DNA of 64,000 bases. Origin: Leucoraja ocellata (lineage: Eukaryota). Both the position numbers and the translations under genes were made by a program. This document shows, in pieces, positions 26,622 through 39,024 of this stretch (position 1 is the first letter of the stretch; every line of letters begins with the position of its first letter). The notes beneath the pieces are model-generated. The model searched no databases, was not told the origin of the DNA, and worked only from the letters and a program-made list of their open reading frames with translations. The DNA lies in assembly GCA_036785375.1 (NCBI GenBank), contig JAWMAR010000392.1, positions 1,240,001 through 1,304,000 on the forward strand, written 5' to 3'.

Positions 26622-27905
26622 CCACCGGGTTTTAATTCCCTGACCTTTTGATTTTGATGTATGTTAAGCCTTTATGGCCACTTTTTTGATGTTTATTGGT
26701 AATTGCCTCATTATGTATTCGGAACAAGTAGGGACCAGTATGTAGTGGCCATTTGGCCTGTTTTGTATGTCATTAAGGATGGCATGTACTTTATAACCAT
26801 ATAACATATAACAATTACAGCACGGACCAATTTTAGACTGCCCGTGATAATGTGGGTGGGATTTATGACGTGTTTTGGGGCATGTTTGAGCTTAGATGCT
26901 TGCGCAGAAGTTTAGTTTTTAAATTAGTTTGTAGCCATGGGGAAGGTTAACCCTTCTCCCATGTAAGAGCCACATGTAAGTACATGTAAGATCATGCGGG
27001 CCAAATGCCACATCTGGCCAGTGTTACGGAGACACGAGGAGTTTGCTAATGTCTAAAGTAATAAGCTGGAGTTCGAAGAAGATTGCAGTAACGAGTCGGA
27101 AGAAATTGGATGTATCTCACTGTTTTCCAGCAACAATAAAGCATTTATTCGTGAAAAGACTGTGTTTTGAAGTCATATCTGAGAAGAAGCTCTGAAGGTC
27201 TCTGTGAGTGAGCTGGCATGCGTTTAGAAGACCACGCTCATCCAAATAGTGGCTAGGGTGCTAATTACCTGAAAGATATGAAAACTTGCCGCTACATTAA
27301 GTTTAGTTTACTTTAGAGATACAGCACGGAAACAGGCCCTTTGGCCCATCCAACATTCATCCCGTACACTAACACTATCCTACACACCACACACACACAC
27401 ACAGGGACACAATTTACCTGTGCGTCTTTGTAGTGTGGGAGGAAACCAGAGCTCCCAGAGAAAACCCACGCAGGTCACAGGGAGAACGTACAATAAGGCC
27501 TGCCGCTGCACGTGGCCACAAGCAGCCCCTCAACAGGCCCCCTTTCATCATCGGCATACCCTTGCCGAGTCCTCCATTAGGTTTTGGCGCCCTCCAGCCG
27601 AGTCCCTTTAGTTCTCAGCTCCGTAGACTCTCCACACTTAATCGTGGCTGCCCTCCACACTCTCGGCGGCCCATCGGCAGTGACGTTTGGCTCAGCAGCA
27701 CATCTCAGGAGCCTTCTGCTGCCATTTGGCGCGTCTCAGGTTCCACCGAAGGGCCTGTTTCTGCGCTCTCTCCAAACTAAACCAGCTTCAGTGATCTGGT
27801 TCAAGTGGTAACCTCTAGTGATCCAGGATCAATCCCAACCTCAGATGCTGTCTATGTGGAGTTCACACAGTCTCCTTGTGACTGCGTGGATTTTGTGCAG
27901 GGTCT

Positions 27906-30900
27906 TTTGAGTATAGAAGCTGGGATGTAATGTTAAAATTGTACAAGGCATTGGTGAGACCAAATCTGGAGTATGGTGTACAATTTTGGTCGCCAAATTA
28001 TAGGAAGGATGTCAACAAAATGGAGAGAGTACAGAGGAGAGGATAGAATGTTGCCTGGGTTTCAACAACTAAGTTACAGAGATAGGTTGAATAAGTTGGG
28101 TCTTTATTCTCTGGAGCGCAGAAGGTTAAGGGGGGACCTGATAGAGGTCTTTAAATGATGAGAGGGATAGACAGAGTTGATGTGGACAAGCTTTTCCCTT
28201 TGAGAATAGGGAAGATTCAAACAAGAGGACATGACTTCAGAATTAAGGGACAGAAGTTTAGGGGTAATATGAGGGGGAACTTCTTTACGCAGAGAGTGGT
28301 GGCGGTGTGGAATGAGCTCCCAGTGGAAGTGGTGGAGGCAGGTTCATTGGTATCATTCAAAAATAAATTGGATAGGCATATGGATGAGAAGGGAATGGAG
28401 GGTTATGGTACGAGTGCAGGCAGGTGGGACTAAGGGGGAAAAAAAAAAAAATAATAATTTGTTCGGCATGGACTTGTAGGGCCGAGATGGCCTGTTTCCG
28501 TGCTGTAATTGTTATATGGTTATATGTTATATGGTTATATGGTCTCCTATTTCCTACCACATCCCAAAGACGTGAGGTTAATGGGTGAATTGGCTTCTGT
28601 AAATTGTGTGTGGTTGAATGGGAGAATCTTGGGGGAGCTGATGACATTTTGGGAACAATAAATGATGAGGTTCATGTGGATGGATGTTTTACAGTCAGCA
28701 CCATAAGGCTGAAGGGTCTGTGTCAATGCTGTAGGGCTCCGAGTTAGTACCCTGTCAGCCTCAGGCAGATCACTTATGTAGTTATACAGCATGGAAGCAG
28801 GCCCTTTGTTCCATCACATTCAGGCCAACCATCAAGAACCATATGGTCACAAGAAAATCGTGCAAACTCCACGTAAGTAACAAGGTCTGGATCAAACCCA
28901 AGTCATTTGATGGGCGGTTGACGTAAGGAAATCTCAGATCTCCCTTTCCTCAGAACCTCTCACCTGTGTAATAGAAACATGGAAAATAGGTGCAGGAGGA
29001 GGCCATTTGGCCCTTCGAGCCAGCACCGCCATTCATTGTGATCATGGCTGATCATCCCTATCCATAACCTGTGCCTGCCTTCTCCCCATGTAACCATAAC
29101 AATTACAGCACGGAAACAGGCCATCTCGACCCTTCTAGTCCGTGCCGAACACATAATCTCCCCTAGTCCCATATACCTGCGCTCAGACCATAACCCTTCC
29201 ATTCCTTCCCATCCATAAACCTGCCTCCACCACCTTCTCTGGAAGCTCATTCCACACAACTACCACTCTCTGAGTAAAGAAGTTCCCCCTCATGTTACCC
29301 CTAAACTTCAGTCACTTAATTCTCAAGTCATGTCCCCTTGTTTGAATCTTCCCTACTCTCAGTGGGAAAAGCTTTTCTACTTGTAGAATCCCTTGATTCT
29401 ACTAGCCCCTAGAGCTCTATCTAACTCCCTCTTAAATCCATCCAGTGGTTTGGCCTCCACTGCCCTCTGTGGCAGGAATTCCATAAATTCACAACTCTGG
29501 GTGAAAAGGTTTTTTCTCACCTCAGTCTTAAATGACCTCCCCTTTATTCTAAGACTGTGACCCCTGGTTCTGGCTCCGTGCGGAGTTCTGGTAATATTAC
29601 CTCCTGTTGCTCAAATTTCAAACTCACTCCAGAGTGACTTTGGCATTGAGCAATATGCAGGAAAGTGAGGGGTGTGGGTTATGTGCAGGCAAATAAAAGT
29701 TGGTCTTGGCATCGTATTCAGCACAGACATTGTGGGCCTGTTTCTGTGCTTCTACTGTTGATAAGACACAAAATGCTGGAGTAACTCAGCGGGGCAGGCA
29801 GCATCTCTGGAGAGAAGGAATGGGTGACGTTTCGGTTCAAGACCATTCTTCAGACTGACAATAGACAATAGGTGCAGGAATAGGACATTTGGCCCTTCGA
29901 GCCAGAACCGCCATTCAATGTGATCATGGCTGATCATCCCCAATCAGAACCCCATTCCTGCCTTCTCCCCATATCCCCCTATTTTTAAGAGCCCTATCTA
30001 GCTCTCTCTCTTGAAAGCATCCAGAGAACCTGCCTCCACTGCCCTCTGAGGCAGATAATTCCACAGACTCACCATTCTCTGTGAGAAAAAGAATTTCCTC
30101 TAAATGGCTTACTCCTTATTCTTAAACTGTGGCTCCTAGTTCTGGACTCCCCCAATATCGGGAACATGTTTCCTGCCTCTAGTGTGTCCAAGCTCTTAAC
30201 AATATAATATGTTTCAATGAGATATCCTCTCATCCTTCTAAACTCCAGAGTGCACAAGCCCAGCTGCTACATTCTCCGAGCATATGACAGTCCCACCATC
30301 CCGGGAATTAACCTGTAAACCTACGCCGCACTCCCTCAATAACAATAATGTCTTCCTCAAATTAGGGACCACAACTGCACACAATACTCCAGGTGTATTG
30401 TGTGCAGTTTTGGTCCCCTAATTTAAGGAAGGACATTCTTGCTTTTGAGAGAGTGCAGCATAGGTTTACAAGGTTAATTCCCGGGATGGCGGGGTGTCAG
30501 GTGAGAGGGAGGTTCATAGATAAAGGAAGTGAAAGGTATAAAAATAGGATAAAGGGAATGCAGATCAAGGAAAATGTAGAATAGATGTTAGCTGGGAGAA
30601 TGTAACAACAAAGCAAACAGATAAAATGCATTTGGAGACAGAAAGACTGGTCAGAGAACTGGGAAGGGGGAGGGATGGAGAGGGAATACTAGTGTTCCTT
30701 CCTACACTGACTGGATAGACTCGGCTTGTACTCGCTAGAATTTAGAAGATTGAGGGGGGATCTTATAGAAACTTACAAAATTCTTAAGGGTTGCACAGGC
30801 TAGATGCAGGAAGATTATTCCCGATGTTGGGGAAGTCCAGAACAAAGGGTCACAGTTTAAGGATAAGAGGGGAGTCTTTTAGGACCGAGATGAGAAAATC

Positions 30901-31150
30901 ATTTTTTACACAGAGAGCGGTAAATCTGTGGAATTCTCTGCCACAGAAGGTAGTTGAGGCCAGTTCATTGGCTATATTTAAGAGGGAGTTAGATGTGGCC
31001 CTTGTGGTTAAAGGGATCAGGGGGTATGGAGAGAAGGTAGGGATGGAATACTGAGTTGGATGATCAGCCATGATCATATTGAATGGCGGTGCAGGCTCGA
31101 AGAGCCGAATGGCCTACTCCTGCACCAATTTTCTATGTTTCTATGTTTCT
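27906..31150. mobile_element. Cluster of CR1 fragments (about 27906-28540 +, 28970-29533 - nested, 29858-30395 -, 30708-31150 +) with SINE and Penelope pieces
   Basis: CR1 RT C-terminal frames and tails. Confidence 0.85.
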
Positions 31151-31284
31151 ACACCTGTGCTTTACTGTTCTATGTACCTGCTCGACAAGTTGAAGGCACC
31201 ATATAACTGGAAGTTGTTGTTGTATTGCCAATACTGATGTCAACACTGGTTGCTTGTACCAAATTTCACAAATGAAAAACGCAA

Positions 31285-32211
31285 GCGGAAAAGGTTAATC
31301 ACACTTTATTATGCATGTATCCTTATACACTGCAAGTCAATTATTGATAAAATAGCCCCTAAAATCCAACAATTCTATTTCAAAAATCAGCAAAATGAAG
31401 GCACATGTTTGTGCCTGTTAAAAAGTATCATTTAAATCAACAGCTGAATATGAACTTAACCATGCAAATAGCCAGGGAGGAATATAACTGTGGGAAAGGG
31501 TGCGGAGGGAGGACTGGCCAGAAGCATTATAAAATAAGATGGAAACAAGGAATTTTAGATACTAGTTGACAAAAGGCACAAAGTGTTGGGAGTAACTGAT
31601 GACTGTAATTTCAGATGCACCATGCAAGTGGACCATGGAGGAAGAGATGACTTTGGACGTACAGTTCTCAGCTCAATGTCCTTCTGGGGATGTACTTGTG
31701 GGTTCACTGATGGAGGTTGATTGCTGTGATCATTTAAACAGCTCCACTTTTTATTTAACAAAAGTAAGATTGTTGCAGGTACAAAAATAACGAGATTATG
31801 CATGGCACAGCTGGTAGAGCTGCTGCCTCAAAAATAAGCATCGCATCTGGGCTTCTGACTGCAAGGTCAGTGCATGCCGGTGTAGATGGGAGTACAGCGA
31901 TTCCTCCTTTGTGGGGATTGAGTAAACAGGACAAGGAGTAGGATGTGCCAAATGCTATCCAAAGTGGGAGGGGGGGGGGGGGGGGGGGGGGAGAGGGGGT
32001 TGTAGTGGGATGGGATGCTGGAGAGAGGAAAAGGACTGTTTTTTTCTTGTAGGCCAATTCTCCGCAACAAGTTGGGAGGAGAAACTACATTTCAAACAAG
32101 CAAGCGGTTAAAAGCTACATTATTGATCACACCGCGAAGGAAAAAGCAAGGGGCCAGTAGCTTCAATTCCAAGGATCTGAAGCCAATCTTGCAGGTGATT
32201 ATGCCTTTATC
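31285..32211 (-). other. B2M: Probable B2M exon 4 (3'UTR)
   Basis: Acceptor ...atttgtagtttcag|G at 32211; minus-strand AATAAA at 31750-31755 and at 31305-31310, the latter followed by a T/GT-rich tract. The 3' end is approximate. Confidence 0.55.
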
Positions 32212-32401
32212 CTGAAACTACAAATTGATTAAAAACTGAATTTAAACATGATCAACTTTGCGTTTAATCATTCAGAAATCATGTCGATGTTCATGCCTGC
32301 AAAAACAAAGAAATACGAGTGAGAAGTCTGAATGTGAGGTTAGAATATTCTAATCAGTAGCCATATGACATGTCAGTTTGCTTACCTGTGGTGCAGCAGG
32401 C

Positions 32402-32412
32402 TTAGAAGGATT
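32402..32412 (-). CDS. B2M: Beta-2-microglobulin exon 3, coding part (E-S-F-stop); full exon 32386-32412
   Basis: Polypyrimidine tract ...gttctctcgttcacttacag|AATCCTTCTAA...CACAG|gtaagc; 27-nt exon, phase 1, matching the known short third exon of B2M genes. Confidence 0.88.
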
Positions 32413-33726
32413 CTGTAAGTGAACGAGAGAACAAAAACATCATTAGTCTGTGACCAAGTCTGAAGACGGGTCTCAACCCGTAATATCACATGATCCTTCT
32501 TCTCCGAGATGCCTACCTGACCCGCTGAGTTAAACCAGGTTTTGTGTCTGTCATTACCTTTGTCCAAACCAACTTCCTTAGTATTAGCTTCCTTATTTTG
32601 TTTCCTTTATCTGAATCTCCATCCTACAGTCCATGTGATTCAATCTGGGTTCAGAACCACAGAGTCATGTTTAGTGCAGGACTGTAAATGGCGTGAGTAT
32701 GATGTTATACCAAAAGACAGACCCACATTTAGCTTTTTCAAGTGTTTGGAAATTCATCCACAGAAAATGGATACCCGGAAATGAGGATCAGGCAGGAATC
32801 TCACCCAGACATTCAGGTGATTTATATAATAATGGATGCTTGGTAATGTTCAAAGGTAGAATTTAACTAAGCATTGATATTTGGTGTCCAGTTGGAGGGT
32901 TTCAGTTTAGTTTATTGTCACGTGTACCGAGGTACAGTGAAAAGCTTTTGTTGCGTGCTAACCAGTAAGCAGAAAGACAATACATGATTACAATCGAGCC
33001 ACTTACAGTGTATTGATCCATGATAAGGGAATAACATTTAGTGCAAGGTAAACAAGAGCAAAGTTTGGTCGAGGATAATCCGAGAGTCATGAATGAGGTA
33101 TTATAGTAGTTTAGCACTGCTCTCTGGTTGTGGTAGGATGATCCAGTTGCTGAGGAACTTGTGTTTAGGGCTGAAGGGCCTGTACTACAATGGGGTAAAG
33201 AGTGCGTGAAGCTGTGTGTGTTCATGTGCAGCAAAGCACCAATAATCTGCTATTGAACGGTTCAGCATCCGTCAGTGAAATTAGATGCATTCTCATGCAG
33301 CGTTCTTGATTCCGGGACTTCCCTGGTATTCACTGGTATTCAGAGTCACACAGCAGGGAAACAGGTGCTTCAGCCCGACTCGTCCAAGATGCCTTATCTG
33401 AACTATTTGTCCATGTGCCTCTCAACCTTTCCTATCCATGTACACGTCCAAGTGTCTTTAAAATGCTGTTATAGTACCTGGTTCAACCGGCAATCATTCA
33501 ATATACCTACCACCCTCTCAGTGAAAAGGTTTGTTTGAATCTTGCCGTTCTCACCTCAAGTCCATGTCATTGAACTTACTGGCTTCACTGGAAAGTATAT
33601 CATGCCATGTAACGTCCAAATCAAAGAGTGAATTGAATTTCTTGGGTGATTTAATTGGGAATAGCTTCTAATATCTCCTAGTCCAGCACCACCAAAGTGC
33701 CAAGCATGTAGGATTAAAGCTTTACT

Positions 33727-34610
33727 GTATATGATTTGGAACCAATGGTACAGAGAGGAAGTCCTGAAGTTGACAACCTGGTGCTCAGAAAACAATCTGG
33801 CTCTGAACACCAGGAAAACAAAAGAGCTCATTGTCGACTTCAGGAGGCACAGCACTGACTTAGCCCCCCTACACATCAACGGCGAGTGTGTGGAGAGGGT
33901 CAACACCTTCCGGTTTCTCGGCGTCCATATCGCTGCTGACATCTCCTGGACGGACAACACGACAGCGGTCATCAAGAAGGCTCAGCAGCGGCTGCACTTC
34001 CTGAGGGTCCTCAGGAAGCACAACCTGGACTCTAACCTGCTGCTGACCTTCTACCGCTCGTCCATCGAGAGCCTGCTGACATACTGCATTACAGCATGGT
34101 ATGGCAGCTGCACCATGGCAGACAGGGAGAGGCTTCAGATGGTAACCAGGACAGCGCAGAGGATCACTGGCTGCCCTCTCCCCTCCCTGATGGACATCTA
34201 CACCTCCCGCTGCCTTAGCAGGGCAAAGAGGATCATCAGAGACAGCTCCCATCCTGCGTTTGGACTGTTCGACCTGCTGCCCTCTGGAAGGCGCCATAGG
34301 TGCATCAAATCCAGGACAAACAGACTCAGGAATAGTTGCTTTCCGAGAATTATAACTACTATAAATTCAAATTCACACATGCACTGACTACACCGCCCAA
34401 CACGGACTTCCATCTGTATATATGTATATATGTATGTAGCGCCGCAGAATTTGTGCACCTATTCCCCCCCCCCCACCTCCCTTCTGTTTTTTGTTTTTTC
34501 TGTTTCTTGTTTTGTGTGCTAAATTGTATGTATGCACTGAGTACGAGCAGCTTTCAGTTTCACTGTACATGTATAGTGACAATAAATGGCATATCTATAT
34601 CTATATCTAT
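33727..34610 (+). mobile_element. Rex1/Babar-like (CR1/L2 group) LINE 3' fragment in B2M intron 2
   Basis: ORF WCSENNLALNTRKTKELIVDFRR..KKAQQRLHFLR..LPSGRR; AATAAA plus (ATATCT)n tail; 8-bp TSD GCTTTACT at 33719-33726 and 34611-34618. Confidence 0.85.
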
Positions 34611-34621
34611 GCTTTACTCAC

Positions 34622-34900
34622 CCAGTTTGTAGATATTGGTTCTACCCATGTGTGTCACGTGGCAGGAATACTCCACATCTTCCCTGGGAATTAATTCGAT
34701 GAACGTGGTCAATTTGAATTTCCAGTTTGACTCAAAGCTGAGATCAGTTTGGTTTGCGTCAGAAAAGGGGTTGCCATCCGCATACAGTTGCAGCTCGATG
34801 TTCGGTGGGTTGAATTCTTTAGCATGGCAGAGGAGGGTGTTGGTCTCACCTTTCTCCATGGGTTTGTAGGTGTACACCACGACCTGTGGCGGACTTGGAT
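34622..34900 (-). CDS. B2M: Beta-2-microglobulin exon 2 (Ig C1-set domain)
   Basis: 279-bp exon between ...tccgcag| and G|GTGAGT; encodes PSPPQVVVYTYKP..NTLLCHAKEFNPPNI..DLSFESNWKFKL..YSCHVTH with Y10, C25, P32, D53, F56, W60, C80, H84 at the canonical beta2m positions. Confidence 0.97.
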
Positions 34901-34970
34901 CTGCGGATGCACAGGAGAACCACAATGAGGACATATTCGAATCTGGTGCAAACAACAGTCTCCTACACTG

Positions 34971-35758
34971 TCACATACAAACAGTAATCCTCCGTCAGTT
35001 TCGCCACCTCCAACGTGACCCCACCACTCGCCACATCTTCCCATCTCCCCCCATATCTGCCTTCCGCAAAGACTGCTCCCTCCATAACTCCCTTGTCAAT
35101 TCTTCCCTTCCCTCTCGTACCACCCCCTCCCCGGGCACTTTCCCTTGCAACCGCAAGAGATGCAACACTTGTCCCTTTACCTCCCCCCTCGACTCCGTTC
35201 AAGGACCCAAGCAGTCGTTCCAGGTGCGACAGAGGTTTACCTGCATCTCTTCCAACCTCATCTATTGCGTCCGCTGCTCTAGATGTCAGCAGATCTATAT
35301 CGGTGAGACCAAGCGGAGGTTGGGCGATCGTTTCGCCGAACACCTCCGCTCGGTCCGCAATAACCAAGCTGACCTCCCGGTGGCTCAGCACTTCAACTCC
35401 CCCTCCCACTCCGCCTCCGACCTCTCAGTCCTGGGCCTCCTCCATGGCCACAGCGAGCAGCACCGGAAATTGGAGGAACAGCACCTCATATTCCGTTTGG
35501 GGAGTCTGCATCCCGGGGGCATGAACATCGAATTCTCCCAATTTTGTTAGCCCTTGCTGTCTCCTCCCCCTCCTCAGCCCCCCTGCTGTCTCCTCCCATC
35601 CCCCAGCCTTCGGGCTCCTCCTCCTTTTCCCTTTCTTGTCCCCGCCCACCCCCGCCCCCGATCAGTCTGAAGAAGGGTTTCGGCCCGAAACGTTGCCTAT
35701 TTCCTTCCTCCATAGATGCTGCTGCACCCGCTGAGTTTCTCCAGCTTTTTTGTGTAAC
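34971..35758 (+). mobile_element. 5'-truncated Penelope-like element (GIY-YIG endonuclease plus terminal repeat) in B2M intron 1
   Basis: Open frame with C-x4-C-x2-C, NLIYCVRCSRCQQIYIGETKRRLGDRFAEH..VAQHFN..LEEQHLIFRLGSLHPGGMN; perfect 15-bp TSD CAGTCTCCTACACTG at 34956-34970 and 35759-35773. Confidence 0.93.
35667..35694 (+). ncRNA. Minimal hammerhead-ribozyme-like motif in the Penelope terminal repeat
   Basis: CTGAAGA-A-GGGTT(TC)GGCCC-GAAAC-GTT: CUGANGA and GAAA cores flank a stem II; such motifs are known from Penelope pLTRs. Stem I pairing is weak. Confidence 0.6.
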
Positions 35759-38700
35759 CAGTCTCCTACACTGATTGGGAATCCCGTCAAAAACATTCCC
35801 CAGTGTGGAAAAGTCAAAGACTAAAGAGGGCAAAGCTTTAAAGGTGAGATGGGCACATTTTAAAGAACATGTGCGAGGCAAGTTTTTATTTTACACAGAG
35901 AGTGATGGGTAACATTCTGCCAGAGGTGGTGGTGGAGACGGGTACAGTGGTAATGTTTAAAAGGCTTTCAGATAGGCACATTGATATGCAGGGAATGGAG
36001 GGATATGGATCAAGCGCAGGTAGAGGGGATTTGTGGAAGGGAAGTGGGACAATCAACGCTTCTGGTTGAGATTCTCTGAGTCCGTGCTGACCAACAATCA
36101 CCTGGACACCAGTTCTATCCGGCACGCTAGGGACAATTTACATAAGCCAATAAACCTATAAAGCTGTGGGTCTTTGGAGTGTGGGAGGGAACCGGAGCTC
36201 CCGGATATAATGCACACAGTTACAGGGTGAATGTAAAAAAACTGTGCAGACAGCACCCATAGTTAGGATCGAACCCGGTCTCTGGCATTGTAGGACAGCA
36301 ACTCTACCGCTGTGCCACTGTACCTCCCTCCACTCTCCTGACCAACCAGTTCAAACTTCTCAAGGTACAACACCCCAAAGTACGCCCAACACCATATTAG
36401 CTCGGCAGCAACCTTTCCCAGTGAGGGACGATAAAATCTGATGATAGAGCAACTCATAAAGAGCCCCACAAATGGACAAATACCCTACAACTTGAAACCT
36501 CAATCATCTTTCTTCATTAATTTTTAATTCTCTTCAGCTTTAATGGTGTTTTTTCTAACAACTTTTAATCAGCTTTTAAATGTACAACTATTGCTCCTGT
36601 AGTCTTTGTTTGGATACTTTTCCTGTCAAGTCCTTGCGTCTTAAAGGAATATAATGTGTTGCATGTAATATTTTATTTCTTTAAAATGTTTAAAGCAATA
36701 AACGATAAACCATGTTTATATCGTTTAATAGATTTTCCCAATTAACCCCAGCAAATTTGACCCTTAGTTTATTTCCATTGAAAACCCTGGTTTCAGTTTG
36801 AACAACACTAAAATCTAACAGGGCTCTATCATGTGATTTAGTTTCGTTAAGAAATATAATGGAGAAACAGGCCCTTCAGCCCACTGTGTCCGCACCGACC
36901 AGCGATCCCCACACATTAACGTCTATCCTACATGCTCTAGGAACAATTTTTTGTTGTTACATTTACCAAGCCAATTAAACTACACGCCTGTATGTCTTTG
37001 GAGTGTGGGAGGAAACTAAAGATCTCAGAGAAAACCCACACAGGCCAGACAGCGTCCGTAATTGGTGCCGAACCCGGGTTTCGCTGTGTGGCAACAATCT
37101 ACCACTGCGCCACCATGATCTCGTCTGAGATTCTTAACAATATGGTTGTTAATTAACCCTTTCTAGTTTCCTGCGGTGGATCTAAAGCAGAGACACAGGG
37201 ACAGTTCAGACTGAAGAAACTCGACACAAAATGGCGCACAATCATTCCCTCCACAAATGCTGCTTGACCCGCTGAGTCATTCCAACACGTTTAGGAATGC
37301 GTGTGCAAGGAGCGATAATTGTAGGCTCTTTCTTTTAAGCGGAACTAATGGGGTGCGGCTCGTTCAGAGAGAGGGAAATGGAGGGACTCCCTTTGCAAAA
37401 AGAGAGGGAGGGAGGGCTCAGGGGAATTGTGGACAATAGGGTTGGGGACTTGTTCGAAGGGAAAGGGGGCGTAGGGGAAATGGGGAGTACTTACAGAGAG
37501 AGAGGGACTAAAAGGAGAGTGGTTCTTTGGAAAACGGGCTCGGAGTTTTAACGGGTGCCTCTTGCAGAGAGAAGGGACAGAGAGATATTACAGCGAGTGG
37601 GAGGGTTCTTTCTGAAAGTGAAATGGGTGAACATCAGGCATCACAGTTGACGGGGTTGGGGGAAGGGTTCTTTCCCCAAGAGAGGATATAGCACATGAAG
37701 GTAATGCGGAGGAGGTACTTGATAGAGGGGGCGGGGAGGATCACTGAGGTAATTAAATGAACACAATAAATAGAGGAGCAAGAGGCCATTCAGCCCTTTG
37801 AACATGTTCTATCACAACACGACCACAACAAGCCGATCATCCCAATGCAGTCCCCGTTCACATTTTCTCCAAATATCCCTCCAGCTTCGGGAATGGTATC
37901 CAATCCGGTGTGGAGTGGGGGTGCATTGAAGAGAGAGAGAATGAGGGAGGGGGCACACAGTGTTGGGGTTTATGGGCAGCTCTTTGCGCAGAGAATTCGG
38001 GGTAATGGGAAAAGTTTTTCAGCAATGTTTCAAAATGGGGGAGGGGAGAAGGGACATGGGAGGAAGGGCTATTTCTAAGAGTGGACGGCACTTCACGCAG
38101 TACATGGGACATTTTAGGGGGCTTCTTCCAAAGCAAAGAGAGCACACACACGGGACATTGGGGTTAAAAGGGCTGGGGAGGGGTCTCATTCCAATAGAAG
38201 GGCCATAAAGAGTTAGGGTTAATGAGGATAGTTATTTTGGTGCAACAAGCTATGGAGTATTCGGGTAAATGGGGAGGGCTCTTTTTGAGACAGAGGATAC
38301 CAAACTTTGGAGGGGGTTCTTTTGAGGGGATATAGGGAATTAGGAGGACTCTTTGGGAAAGGGAGTGGGGTATTAGCGAAGGCTCTTTCAGAGGAAGGAT
38401 ATGGGGTACAATGGTTAATAAGGGGGCTCTTTTTGAGAGAGGATATGGGGTAATAGTGAGCGCCCTCCAAAAGGGGGGTAAGGGGGACTAGGTTTAGTGG
38501 GAGGGGCTTTCTTTCAGAGTGTTTAGGGCATTAGTTTAGAGGGAATGGGGAACTAGGGAAGCCAGAGCGAGGTCTGGCGTCGAATGAAGACGGGTCTCGA
38601 CTGGAAACGTCACCCATTCCTTCTCTCCATAGATGCTGCCTGTCCCGCTGAGTTACTCCAGCTTTTTGTGTCTATCTTCGGGCATTAGGGAAGGTTCTTT

Positions 38701-39024
38701 TGAGAGAAGGAATGGGGTATTAGCGAGGGGTCTTTTGATGTATATTAGTTGACTTAAATTGACTCTTGACTCTTGAGTTGACTGTTACTGGGGGGTGGGA
38801 GGGGGATGTGGACCTCGAAAGTTTTCGGAGGGAGGGACGGGGAAGGGGAATAGAGCTTTTTTTTTGGGGGGGGGGGGGGATGATATGGGATTCAGGGGTT
38901 TTGAGGAGCGGATATGGACACAAGGGGGGATTTTTTTGACCAGCACGAGGTATTAGGACTGGTGGGCAACACTTTCAGAGAGAGATGGGGCAAGACGTTT
39001 TCGAGCAAATGATCGTTTCGAGAG

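Noticed and set aside
34614-34955. ORF-track 113-aa product as the complete B2M protein
   Set aside because: The N-terminal MFAPDSNMSSLWFSCASA and the terminal GE are intron read-through; the exon is 34622-34900.
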